Source: Candidatus Krumholzibacteriota bacterium (GTDB lineage Bacteria; Krumholzibacteriota; Krumholzibacteriia; JAJRXK01). Taken from it: a stretch of DNA of 64,000 bases. Position 1 is the first letter of the stretch. The number at the start of each line of letters is the position of its first letter. Position numbers and translations under genes: made by a program. The stretch is from the NCBI GenBank assembly GCA_963727455.1, contig CAVSGG010000011.1, forward strand, positions 31,791 to 95,790, read 5' to 3'. Of the stretch, positions 9,337 to 17,680 are shown piece by piece. Under the pieces are notes generated by a model. The model ran no database searches. It saw only the letters and a list, made by a program, of their open reading frames with translations, and had not been told where the DNA came from.

Positions 9337-10934
9337 CTACTCTTCTGGTGCGCTTCGACCTGGCGAATCTTCAAATAGAGCATCAGCGCCAGGAACACCA
9401 TCACCGCAATCGAAAATAGAAGCCCTTTGCGACGGAAGCGATACTCCTTCTCCGACTTGGTGATACCCGCATCTCCGGTCTCGATCGCCTTCAGACCGGC
9501 ATCCGCAACTTCGTCGAAGTCGCTGCGATCGAAGGCATGCACCGCTGAGCGAGACTGACGCAGAGCATCGTTCAGCTCGGACAGGGAAGCGGCGAGCGCA
9601 TCGACATCCAGTCCCTTTGCGGCGAGCGTATGCGTCATCTGCTCGAAATTCGCCTGGGCAGCTTCCATGGTAGTGATTCTCTCATGGAAGTGGGCCGCAG
9701 TGGCGTTGCAGATCGGGTTGTCCTTGGCGTATCTCGTGTGGCAATCGAAGCAAAGATGGCCCGGTTCGGTTATCAGCATCGTATCACTCGGCTTGGAAAT
9801 GTCGTGCGTTCCGTGACATTTCGCACACTCGGGCCAACCATGCGTACTGAACACCTGCTTGTGCTTGCTACCATCGAAGAGCTTGCCGTTGCCACTGTGA
9901 CAGGTTCGGCAAACCTCGCTCACCGAGGAGATCTGTGGCGGCATCGCGGCATGGTTTCCATGACAATCGTTGCAGGCCGGGGCCCCTTGGTCGCCATCCA
10001 CGAGCAGAGCTTGACCATGCACGCTCTTGCGGTATTGCTTGAGCTGAGTGGTGGGCAAGGGACTTCCGTCCTCGGTCTTGTAACCCGCCATGTACTTGGC
10101 ATCGGCGTGGCACTTTCCGCAGGTAGCCGGAATGTTGGATTTGAAGGTGGTTGACCGACGGCTATCCGAGCCCTGGATTCCGTGTACTCCGTGACAGCTC
10201 ACGCACTGCGCCGCCTTGGAGTCCCCCTTGCCCAACAGAAGCTGGCCATGTTTGCTCTCGCGGTACTTGGCCAACTGGTCCGTCGGCAAGGATGGGTTGA
10301 AGCCTCGCATGAAGGCCGGGTCGGAGTGGCATCGCCCACAAAATTGCGGGATCCAGGTCCGATCGACTTTCCGGCGTTCGCTGTCCGGCCAACGCTCGTA
10401 TATATCGTCGGACATCTCGGTCTGGTCCGGGTGCCCGCCGTGACAGCCCGAGCACGAAAGTCCCTGCCGAAAATGAACGTCCGCGAGAAAATTCTGCAGA
10501 ATGAGAGTGGTGCTGCCGCTGCCATCATCTCGAATGTGCCATAGCGTTTCCTCGGATTGCATGTCCTTGTCGGTATGGCAGAGTATGCAGTTGTCCTTCA
10601 GAACCAGTTCCATCTTGTCGGGCGAGAGCTTCAAAGACAGCAAGTCCCTGGCGTGCGCAGCCGAGGAAATGAGCCCCGCCTCCACCGCCTTGCTGAAGAG
10701 TTTGCGCGCATGATCTGGCAGCTGGCCATAGTACTCTTGCAGTTCGGCTGGCACGACCGGCTTGCCTTCTTCGTTCGTTTCGAAGAATTCTCTCACCTGC
10801 GCGGAAAGCTCGACGGGCTCGCTTGCGTCGCCGTCTTGCGCGAGAGCAGGCGGAATCAAGTTCCACACCGGTGCCGTTGCGAGCAGCAGTAAGAGAAGAC
10901 AAAGTCCCGCCGAAAGCGTGATTCGAGACTTCAT
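9333..10934 (-). CDS. Membrane-anchored nonaheme cytochrome c
   Basis: Signal peptide MKSRITLSAGLCLLLLLLA, 9 CxxCH motifs, helical stalk and C-terminal TM. Start overlaps the cytochrome b stop (ATGA). Confidence 0.9.
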   Translation of the reverse strand: MKSRITLSAGLCLLLLLLATAPVWNLIPPALAQDGDASEPVELSAQVREFFETNEEGKPVVPAELQEYYGQLPDHARKLFSKAVEAGLISSAAHARDLLSLKLSPDKMELVLKDNCILCHTDKDMQSEETLWHIRDDGSGSTTLILQNFLADVHFRQGLSCSGCHGGHPDQTEMSDDIYERWPDSERRKVDRTWIPQFCGRCHSDPAFMRGFNPSLPTDQLAKYRESKHGQLLLGKGDSKAAQCVSCHGVHGIQGSDSRRSTTFKSNIPATCGKCHADAKYMAGYKTEDGSPLPTTQLKQYRKSVHGQALLVDGDQGAPACNDCHGNHAAMPPQISSVSEVCRTCHSGNGKLFDGSKHKQVFSTHGWPECAKCHGTHDISKPSDTMLITEPGHLCFDCHTRYAKDNPICNATAAHFHERITTMEAAQANFEQMTHTLAAKGLDVDALAASLSELNDALRQSRSAVHAFDRSDFDEVADAGLKAIETGDAGITKSEKEYRFRRKGLLFSIAVMVFLALMLYLKIRQVEAHQKSS

Positions 10935-12319
10935 TGGCTCACCCTCCGCATCGTTCTCGCACTCGAACCCGTGACGAGGGTGAGTGCCCAAGCGATGACC
11001 ACGACTACAGCGGCCGCGACCAGTGCGCGCAGATAGCTCATGCCCAGAAGGCCATGGAGCGCCACGTGTAGCGCGATACCGCCACTGAAGAGGAACCATC
11101 GATGCCGGTAAACGAGGAATCGGAAGACGGTGATGAGCGCGGCCAGTCCCAAAGTCCACCAAGCGCAGACGCGCGCGACCGCCCTCACGTCGACCTCAGC
11201 CCCGTGTCCGTGGCCGCCGATGTCCCAAGCTTTCAGAGTGAGGAAAACTACGAAGAGAATGGCGCCCACTCCGTAGTCGCTGAAACCAGGCGATGGCTTG
11301 TCCGCTCTCGCCTTGCGGTCGAGCCAGGGCACGAGCGCCCAACTGCCCATGAGGACAGAAACCATGAGGAGCGCGGCTTGCGGCCCTTCCATCACCCAGA
11401 GATGCGGCGGAAACTCTTTGAGCAGTTGATAGATCCACAGGAAGTACCATTCGGGCTTGATCCCCGGATAGGCAGGCTGAAGCGGGTTGGCCTTCAGCCC
11501 CAATTCCCATTCGACACCAGGAACCCCCGGTCCGTAGGGAAGCATCACCGCCAGTATCATTAGCCCGATGAGACAGAGGAGCCACAAGAGCAAATCTCTG
11601 AGCAAGAAGTTAGGAAAGAACTTCATGCCCGGTCCCTTGGATTCATGAGTCAAGGGTGGTGCCATTCCCTGTCGCTGGATGAGTAAGAGATGAATGCTGA
11701 TCAAAGCGAAGATGAGCAGCGGGAGTGCAACGACGTGTAGAGCAAAGAAGCGATACAGGGTATTGATGGACACATCGTGTCCTCCCCTCATCACTTGGAG
11801 CAGCCACTCTCCGATGCCCGGCACTGCCTTCACGGAATCGGTGCCCACGGAGGTTGCGAAGTAGGCCAACTCGTTCCATGGCAGAAGATAACCGGAGAAC
11901 CCAAATCCCAAGCCAATGGCGAATAGCAGGAAGCCCGTGATCCAGGTGATCTCGCGCGGAGGGCGATAGGCCTTGAGCATCATCGTCGAGAACATGTGGA
12001 CCGTCAGCGAGACGATCATCAGATGCGCACTCCAGCAGTGCACCGAACGGATGAGCCAACCAAAGGGCACCTTGGTGGTGATGAACCGAATGCTCTCGTA
12101 GGAACTTGCCTCGCCGGGTTTGTAATAGAGCAGAAGTAGCAATCCCGTGGCGATTTGAACGAGAAAGAAGAAGAGGGTAGTGCCGCCCAGGTAGTACCAG
12201 ACCATTGGGTGGTCGCCCAGAGGCACCTCTTTGTGCTTGAGGAACTCCACCAGGTTGCCCAGGGAATAACGGCGATCGAGCCAACGATATACGGGGTTGG
12301 AAATGGCGGGTTGATTCAT
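10931..12319 (-). CDS. Cytochrome b of a Rieske/cytb complex (b6 and subunit IV fused, with extra C-terminal helices)
   Basis: GWLIRSVHCWSAH, GYLLPWNE, RFFALHV...IH, and PEWY motif. Confidence 0.93.
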   Translation of the reverse strand: MNQPAISNPVYRWLDRRYSLGNLVEFLKHKEVPLGDHPMVWYYLGGTTLFFFLVQIATGLLLLLYYKPGEASSYESIRFITTKVPFGWLIRSVHCWSAHLMIVSLTVHMFSTMMLKAYRPPREITWITGFLLFAIGLGFGFSGYLLPWNELAYFATSVGTDSVKAVPGIGEWLLQVMRGGHDVSINTLYRFFALHVVALPLLIFALISIHLLLIQRQGMAPPLTHESKGPGMKFFPNFLLRDLLLWLLCLIGLMILAVMLPYGPGVPGVEWELGLKANPLQPAYPGIKPEWYFLWIYQLLKEFPPHLWVMEGPQAALLMVSVLMGSWALVPWLDRKARADKPSPGFSDYGVGAILFVVFLTLKAWDIGGHGHGAEVDVRAVARVCAWWTLGLAALITVFRFLVYRHRWFLFSGGIALHVALHGLLGMSYLRALVAAAVVVVIAWALTLVTGSSARTMRRVSQ

Positions 12320-12774
12320 GTCAACTTCCCATCGATGACGATGTCCTTACCCTCTTTATCCACTCGGAAGGCCTCGAGCGGCCGCGGTGGTGGGCCGGAG
12401 ATCACACGCCCATCGACGTCGAAGCGCCCGTTGTGACACGCGCACCAGATCACGCCGTCCCCGGGCACGTACTGTACGGTGCAGCCCTCATGCGTGCACT
12501 TGGCGCTGAGACAGCGCAGCTTCTGCGAGCTATCCTCGAAGACGAGCAAGCGGGTGGCGCCCGAGCGTACGATCACAAACTGGTCATGATCGAGTGTCGC
12601 GGTGTCCTGCGCGCTCAAATGAACGGGTCCGCTCGCCCCCTGCTGGGGCAGAGGTTTCAAGTAGCGGAAGATCGGTAAGATGGCGGCTGCGAGCGTACCC
12701 ACGACCCCCAACCCCAAGAGCCAATCCAAGAAACTGCGGCGGGAGACGAGATCTTCACTGGAAGGTTGCGTCAT
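12316..12774 (-). CDS. Rieske [2Fe-2S] protein
   Basis: Tat motif SRRSFL, CTHEGC and CACHNGRF boxes, GPPPRPL. Confidence 0.93.
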   Translation of the reverse strand: MTQPSSEDLVSRRSFLDWLLGLGVVGTLAAAILPIFRYLKPLPQQGASGPVHLSAQDTATLDHDQFVIVRSGATRLLVFEDSSQKLRCLSAKCTHEGCTVQYVPGDGVIWCACHNGRFDVDGRVISGPPPRPLEAFRVDKEGKDIVIDGKLT

Positions 12775-12991
12775 GGAGCCCTTTCTGCCGATTCTGGCGC
12801 CACCGAGCCACTGGCCCCTTCCCTTGCCCTCCTCGCGGTTTCCCTTGGCAAGCGGAAGATCCGGACGTACGCTCGTACCATACTGGATATTGGGCTCTTG
12901 AGCGTCTTTACTCAAGGACTGATTGAGGACTCTAGGGGACCTCGCCGCAAGAGATTTCTTTCGGAGTGCTCCCGCAGCGAGGGACGACAGC

Positions 12992-14755
12992 GTGCCAGAC
13001 GAAAGAATCCAGCGATTGGAGAGGGCTTTCGAAGCTCTGCGTCTGCGCGTGGAGGCTCTCGAGGAGGAGCTGCGCCACCGCGGGAAACGAGAAGCTCCTC
13101 GAGCCGAGCTCCCCCTGGCCCCAGCCGAGGCGGAATTCGCTCACGCGGGCGCCAGCGAACAGCCCAAGCGTAGCCTGCTGCCCCTCTTGGGTAGGACCCT
13201 CTTGGTTCTGGGAGGCGCCTTCTTTCTCAGAGCCGCCACTGACGCGGGTATCCTGCCGAGAACCGCGGGCGCCGCCCTGGGACTTGTCTATGGCCTGAGC
13301 TTCTTGCCGCTCGCGTACCGCGCCGCCAATCGAGAGGGCTTCGTTCGCAGCGCCCATTTTCACGCGCTGTCCTCGGCGCTGGTCGTCTTCCCATTGCTCT
13401 TCGAGGCGACGGTTGAGCTGAAATACCTGGCGCCCTCGCTCAGCGCCGCAGCGCTCGGCGTATCCGTCGGCGCGGCGCTCTTCATCGCTTGGCGGAGAGG
13501 TCTGCACGGAATGGCCTGGATCTTCGCCGGAGCGGGCGCTCCATTGGCTCTGGCCTTGGCCATGCTGACCAAACTATGGCTGCCCTATCTCGCCATCGCG
13601 CTGGCGATCTACGGCTGCACTCTGCTCTTCGCCTACGCTCGAAAGTGGTTGTTCTTGGGAATCTCGGGCGCGGTCCTGGCGGACATGATGGTGTTGCTGC
13701 TCACCTCACTGTTCCTTTTGGCAAGCGAAGGCACTCCGTTGAGGGGCATGGACGTGAGAATCCTCGTGCTCCTGCAATACGCGTTGGTTGGTTTGTATCT
13801 GGGAACTTTCGCCCAGCGCACCCTGGTGGGCGGCCGAGCCATTCTTCCTTTGGAGATCGTTCAAACTGTCTTCGTGTTGATCGTGGGGATGGGCGGAGCG
13901 CTCGTTCTGGCCCGACACCATCAGCACCTGCGCTTGTTCATGGGAGGTACGGCGCTCTTGGGTGCCGCACTGAGCTATGCGGTCTCCTTCAGCTTCATCG
14001 ACCGGCGACGGAATCGCCGCAGCAACTTCATCTTCTACACCAGCATCGCTCTGGTGTTCATGCTGGTGGCTTCCTTCACGCTCTTTGCTGGAGAACTGCG
14101 TAGCTGGATTCTCCTCGCTGACGCCTCTCTTACCGCGGCCTTCGCCCTGCAGAAACAGCGCACGACGCTGCTTCTGCACGCCGCGCTCTTCACCGGTGCG
14201 GCCGCGCTGAGTTCGGGATTGCTGCGGCTTTCTCTGGGCGCGCTCTTGGGTTGGGAATCGACGCTGGGAAATCACCACGCGCTGCCTCTGGCGGCGGTGA
14301 TGCTGGCGGCGGCGGCGTGCTCGAGCCTGCGCGTGGCGGCCTTCCGCGGTACCTGGGGCCCGCTTGCGCGCGCTCCGCGAACCCTGTGCCTCGCGCTCTT
14401 GGTGCTGGGAATCTGTGGAATCGGTACGCTCTTGGGGGACGCGATCTTTGCAGGCGATGCCACCCGCGCAAAAGATGCCGCGGCTGTGGCTTCCCTGCGA
14501 ACGGGGCTGCTCGCGGTGGTGGCGGTGCTCCTGGCCTGGATTTCCCGCAAGCCGCGCTTCCACGAAGCACGTTGGCTGGTCTACCCGACTCTCGTCCTGG
14601 GGGGCGTGGAACTGCTCCTCGGCGATCTCCGCCACGGTCGTTCCGCCACCATGTTCCTCTCACTGGTGATTTACGGCAGCGCGCTCATCCTCGCGCCCCG
14701 CCTCTTGAAGAAGCTGGGAAGCAAATCGCCATCCCCCACCATCCGCTCCAGCTGA
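12992..14755 (+). CDS. Polytopic membrane protein with N-terminal coiled coil (DUF2339-like)
   Basis: Coiled coil RIQRLERAFEALRLRVEALE, then LGRTLLVLGGAFFLRA and many hydrophobic segments. GTG start at 12992 after GAGGGA. Confidence 0.65.
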   Translation: MPDERIQRLERAFEALRLRVEALEEELRHRGKREAPRAELPLAPAEAEFAHAGASEQPKRSLLPLLGRTLLVLGGAFFLRAATDAGILPRTAGAALGLVYGLSFLPLAYRAANREGFVRSAHFHALSSALVVFPLLFEATVELKYLAPSLSAAALGVSVGAALFIAWRRGLHGMAWIFAGAGAPLALALAMLTKLWLPYLAIALAIYGCTLLFAYARKWLFLGISGAVLADMMVLLLTSLFLLASEGTPLRGMDVRILVLLQYALVGLYLGTFAQRTLVGGRAILPLEIVQTVFVLIVGMGGALVLARHHQHLRLFMGGTALLGAALSYAVSFSFIDRRRNRRSNFIFYTSIALVFMLVASFTLFAGELRSWILLADASLTAAFALQKQRTTLLLHAALFTGAAALSSGLLRLSLGALLGWESTLGNHHALPLAAVMLAAAACSSLRVAAFRGTWGPLARAPRTLCLALLVLGICGIGTLLGDAIFAGDATRAKDAAAVASLRTGLLAVVAVLLAWISRKPRFHEARWLVYPTLVLGGVELLLGDLRHGRSATMFLSLVIYGSALILAPRLLKKLGSKSPSPTIRSS

Positions 14756-14765
14756 GTACCGACCC

Positions 14766-16493
14766 TCATTCGTGGATGTGCAGCACCGCGTCCTCGCTCA
14801 GGGGCGAGTCGAAGTGCACTTTCTTCCCTCCGGTAACTGGATCGCCAGCGGAGCTCATGCCATCGAGTGGATCCAACCACTCCACCTGCAAGGTCAGATG
14901 TCCGGTTGCCGACAAGTCGACGGTGACGCTGCCGCCCGAGGGCAGGTAGACCACGTATACCGGTCCCTCCGAGGACGCTTTGGCCAGGCAGTAACCGGTG
15001 GAGGCGAGTTCACCGCTCGGCAACATCTGATTGAGAGGGAGACGGCGCGCAAGCGAGGAGACGTAACCCATGTTGGCCCGCAAACTCACCCAGGTGGGAT
15101 CGTCGAAGTTGAAGCCCTCCCCACCTACTCCGTATCCCTCTCCATCGTAGCCGTCCATGAAGATCGGATTCCTGCCGCGCAGGAAAGACTTCCAGACCCA
15201 CTTGCGGTCGCCACAGATCCCGCAGAGATGGTCCGTATCATCCAGAATGACCTTGCTGCCGTCGGCGGTGGTGGGGTCGTCGATGCTACCGTTGGGGGAA
15301 ATCCAATCGGCCTCACTGGCAAAGAGCGCGCTGTTGTCGCCGTTGGGCCACTCCACCGTGACACCCACCGGATGCTGCTCCGGCAGGCCGGCTTCGTATT
15401 GCTTGATCACTTCCACCATGTGATTCTGCCAGTCCATAGAACCGGAATCACTCTCGTTGCTGACCTCGTAGAGCACGTTGTCAAGATCGTTTACGGTGTC
15501 GATGACCTTCTTCACGTAAGCCTCTTGGATCGCGGTGACGGCGGTATTGGCTAGCTCGTGGGTCTCCTCCCCGCTGTCGTTTCCGTTCAAATCCCCGTCG
15601 ATGCCGTTGATGTTATTCGAGGCCTTGAAGGGATGTCCGTGCCAGGGATTGTTGTACGAGAAATTCCCTTTCGCATCGACCACGCTCCAGCCGTTGAAGA
15701 GCATGATCGAGACGTAGATGGCCTTCGTGCGCGCGATGAACACGCGCTGACGAAGTCGGTCGAAATAGCTCTGATCGAATTGGCTGAGATCGAACTTGGG
15801 TAGACCGTCGTCGGCCACGCCCGGGCCAGTGCGCATGAACGGCGTGGTGGGATGGAACCAGTACTGGTCATCTGCCGTCTCCAGGGTCCAGCGCGATTGC
15901 TCCCAGGTCCACAGACGGAAGAAATTGTGTTTGTTCTGCAGCAGGAAATTGAGGTAGCTCGTGTAGTTGAATTCGGGTGGAGGATTGCCTCTCCCGGCAT
16001 CCTGGAAATCGAGCCAGGTGTGCGAACCGGTCAAGAGCACGGGCCGGCCGCGCGAGTCCACGAAGTACCTCGGGTTCTGCGGGCTCACCTTGAGCGGCCC
16101 CATCCCCAAAACGACGCGGTCCAAAACGCCGAAGCTCACCCCACCGACGATTCCACCGTCCTTCGCCCAGATGAAGGCCTCACCGGACCCGGCACCAGTC
16201 GCAGTGCCTTTGCTTCCTGCATCGTTACTGACGGTCGCGATCGAGAGGTCGGAGGAACTCCAGTCGACCTGAGCGGAGATGTCCTGCCGCGAGCCATCAG
16301 CGTAGAAGCCCGTGGCACTCAAACATTGGGTTTGACCGACGTCGACCTCGGCGTCCTGAGGAGTCACCACGATGGAGGTGAGGGAGTCGGTTCCGGGGAG
16401 CTTCTCGGCGCTGACACTGCCCTCTTCTCCTCCACACGCCATGAGGAAGGAGAGTATTCCGAGCAAGAGCAGAAGCGGGGACTTGATGCTCAT
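14766..16493 (-). CDS. Lipoprotein with Ig-like (Big_2) domain, GH5/DUF4038-like TIM-barrel and C-terminal beta domain
   Basis: Lipobox FLMAC; LTSIVVTP...ATGFYADGS...WSSSD; NPRYFVD, LTGSHTW, LYEVSNE; VEWLDPLDG. Confidence 0.7.
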   Translation of the reverse strand: MSIKSPLLLLLGILSFLMACGGEEGSVSAEKLPGTDSLTSIVVTPQDAEVDVGQTQCLSATGFYADGSRQDISAQVDWSSSDLSIATVSNDAGSKGTATGAGSGEAFIWAKDGGIVGGVSFGVLDRVVLGMGPLKVSPQNPRYFVDSRGRPVLLTGSHTWLDFQDAGRGNPPPEFNYTSYLNFLLQNKHNFFRLWTWEQSRWTLETADDQYWFHPTTPFMRTGPGVADDGLPKFDLSQFDQSYFDRLRQRVFIARTKAIYVSIMLFNGWSVVDAKGNFSYNNPWHGHPFKASNNINGIDGDLNGNDSGEETHELANTAVTAIQEAYVKKVIDTVNDLDNVLYEVSNESDSGSMDWQNHMVEVIKQYEAGLPEQHPVGVTVEWPNGDNSALFASEADWISPNGSIDDPTTADGSKVILDDTDHLCGICGDRKWVWKSFLRGRNPIFMDGYDGEGYGVGGEGFNFDDPTWVSLRANMGYVSSLARRLPLNQMLPSGELASTGYCLAKASSEGPVYVVYLPSGGSVTVDLSATGHLTLQVEWLDPLDGMSSAGDPVTGGKKVHFDSPLSEDAVLHIHE

Positions 16494-16672
16494 GGCTTGC
16501 ACCTGATGATGGAATGTGGGGGATCGGGCGGAATTGCCTCGGTCTAGGACTACCGACGGGGGCCCCAGGGAGACCCTCGAGGGGTTCCAGGAGGCGCCCC
16601 GGATCCCCAACAGTCTATCATACCGGGGACGAGCCCGCACTTCGGGCCCGTTTCCCGCGTTTCAGGGGCAGC

Positions 16673-17680
16673 TCAGACCCACTCGTTGGTGTACTTCGTG
16701 AGCGCTTTCATGTAGTTCCCGCGCTCGAAGGCCTCGGGGTTGGGACAATTTGCCTGGCTGAACGAGCCCTTCAGCTGCTCCACGCTCGCGTACTCCTTCT
16801 CCTCCATCCAGGCGTCCAAGCCGCGCAGAATCTCGCTCACGTGACCAGGACCCTTGCGCAGGAGGACGCTGGCCAGGGCGGCGGCGTCGGCACCGACCAA
16901 GAGCATGCGCGCGAGATCGAGGTGATCGTGCACCCCGCTGGTGGCACACAAACTCAAACCCACCTGGTCCTTGAGAATCGCGATCCAGCGCAGGGCCAAG
17001 AGCATTTCTTCTCGACTGCTCAAGACCAGATGCGGCACGACTTGCATCTCGAGCAGATCGAGATCGGGTTGTAAGTAGCGGTTGAAGAGCACCAGCCCGT
17101 CGGCACCGGCAAAGTCGAGACGGGAAGCCATGTGCGGCAGACTGGAAAAGTAGGGTCCCAGCTTCACCGCGAGAGGAAGCTGCGTTCCCTTGCGCACCTG
17201 TTCGACCAGCTGAATGATGCGTCGCTCGACGTCCTCTCCCGTCGTCTCGGGATCCGCAGGCACGTAGTATACGTTGAGCTCCAAGGCGTCGGCTCCCGCC
17301 TCCTCCATCATCGTGGAGTAGCGGGACCAGCCACCGGGCGAATGACCGTTCAGGCTGGCGATGACCGGCACGGAGAGGCTCGCTTTCGCGGCACGAATGT
17401 GCTCCAGGTATTCCTGCGGTCCCCTTTTGTAGTCGGTCAGCTCGGGAAAGTAGCCCGTGACTTCCGGAGAGTTTTCCGAACCGTAGTGATACAGTCTCTG
17501 TTCCTCGATCTCCTCGTGTTCGACCTGCTCCTCGAAGAGACTGGGAAGAACGACTCCTCCCACTCCGGCGTCCTCGAGACGCTTCAGCGAATCGAGCTCA
17601 CCGGTGAGCGGAGAAGACGAAGCCAAGAGCGGATTCTTCAGACTCAGGCCCAGATAGTCGCTGGTCAAATTCGACTTCAT
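16673..17680 (-). CDS. Dihydroorotate dehydrogenase-like FMN protein (PFOR-associated type)
   Basis: YLGLSLKNPLLASSSPL, PVIASLNG, GADALELN, PLAVKLGP, GADGLVLFNR. Start overlaps the nifJ stop. Confidence 0.87.
   Translation of the reverse strand: MKSNLTSDYLGLSLKNPLLASSSPLTGELDSLKRLEDAGVGGVVLPSLFEEQVEHEEIEEQRLYHYGSENSPEVTGYFPELTDYKRGPQEYLEHIRAAKASLSVPVIASLNGHSPGGWSRYSTMMEEAGADALELNVYYVPADPETTGEDVERRIIQLVEQVRKGTQLPLAVKLGPYFSSLPHMASRLDFAGADGLVLFNRYLQPDLDLLEMQVVPHLVLSSREEMLLALRWIAILKDQVGLSLCATSGVHDHLDLARMLLVGADAAALASVLLRKGPGHVSEILRGLDAWMEEKEYASVEQLKGSFSQANCPNPEAFERGNYMKALTKYTNEWV

Noticed and set aside
12811-12827. CTGGCCCCTTCCCTTGC as a sigma-54 promoter
   Set aside because: GG-GC spacing is 11, not 10.
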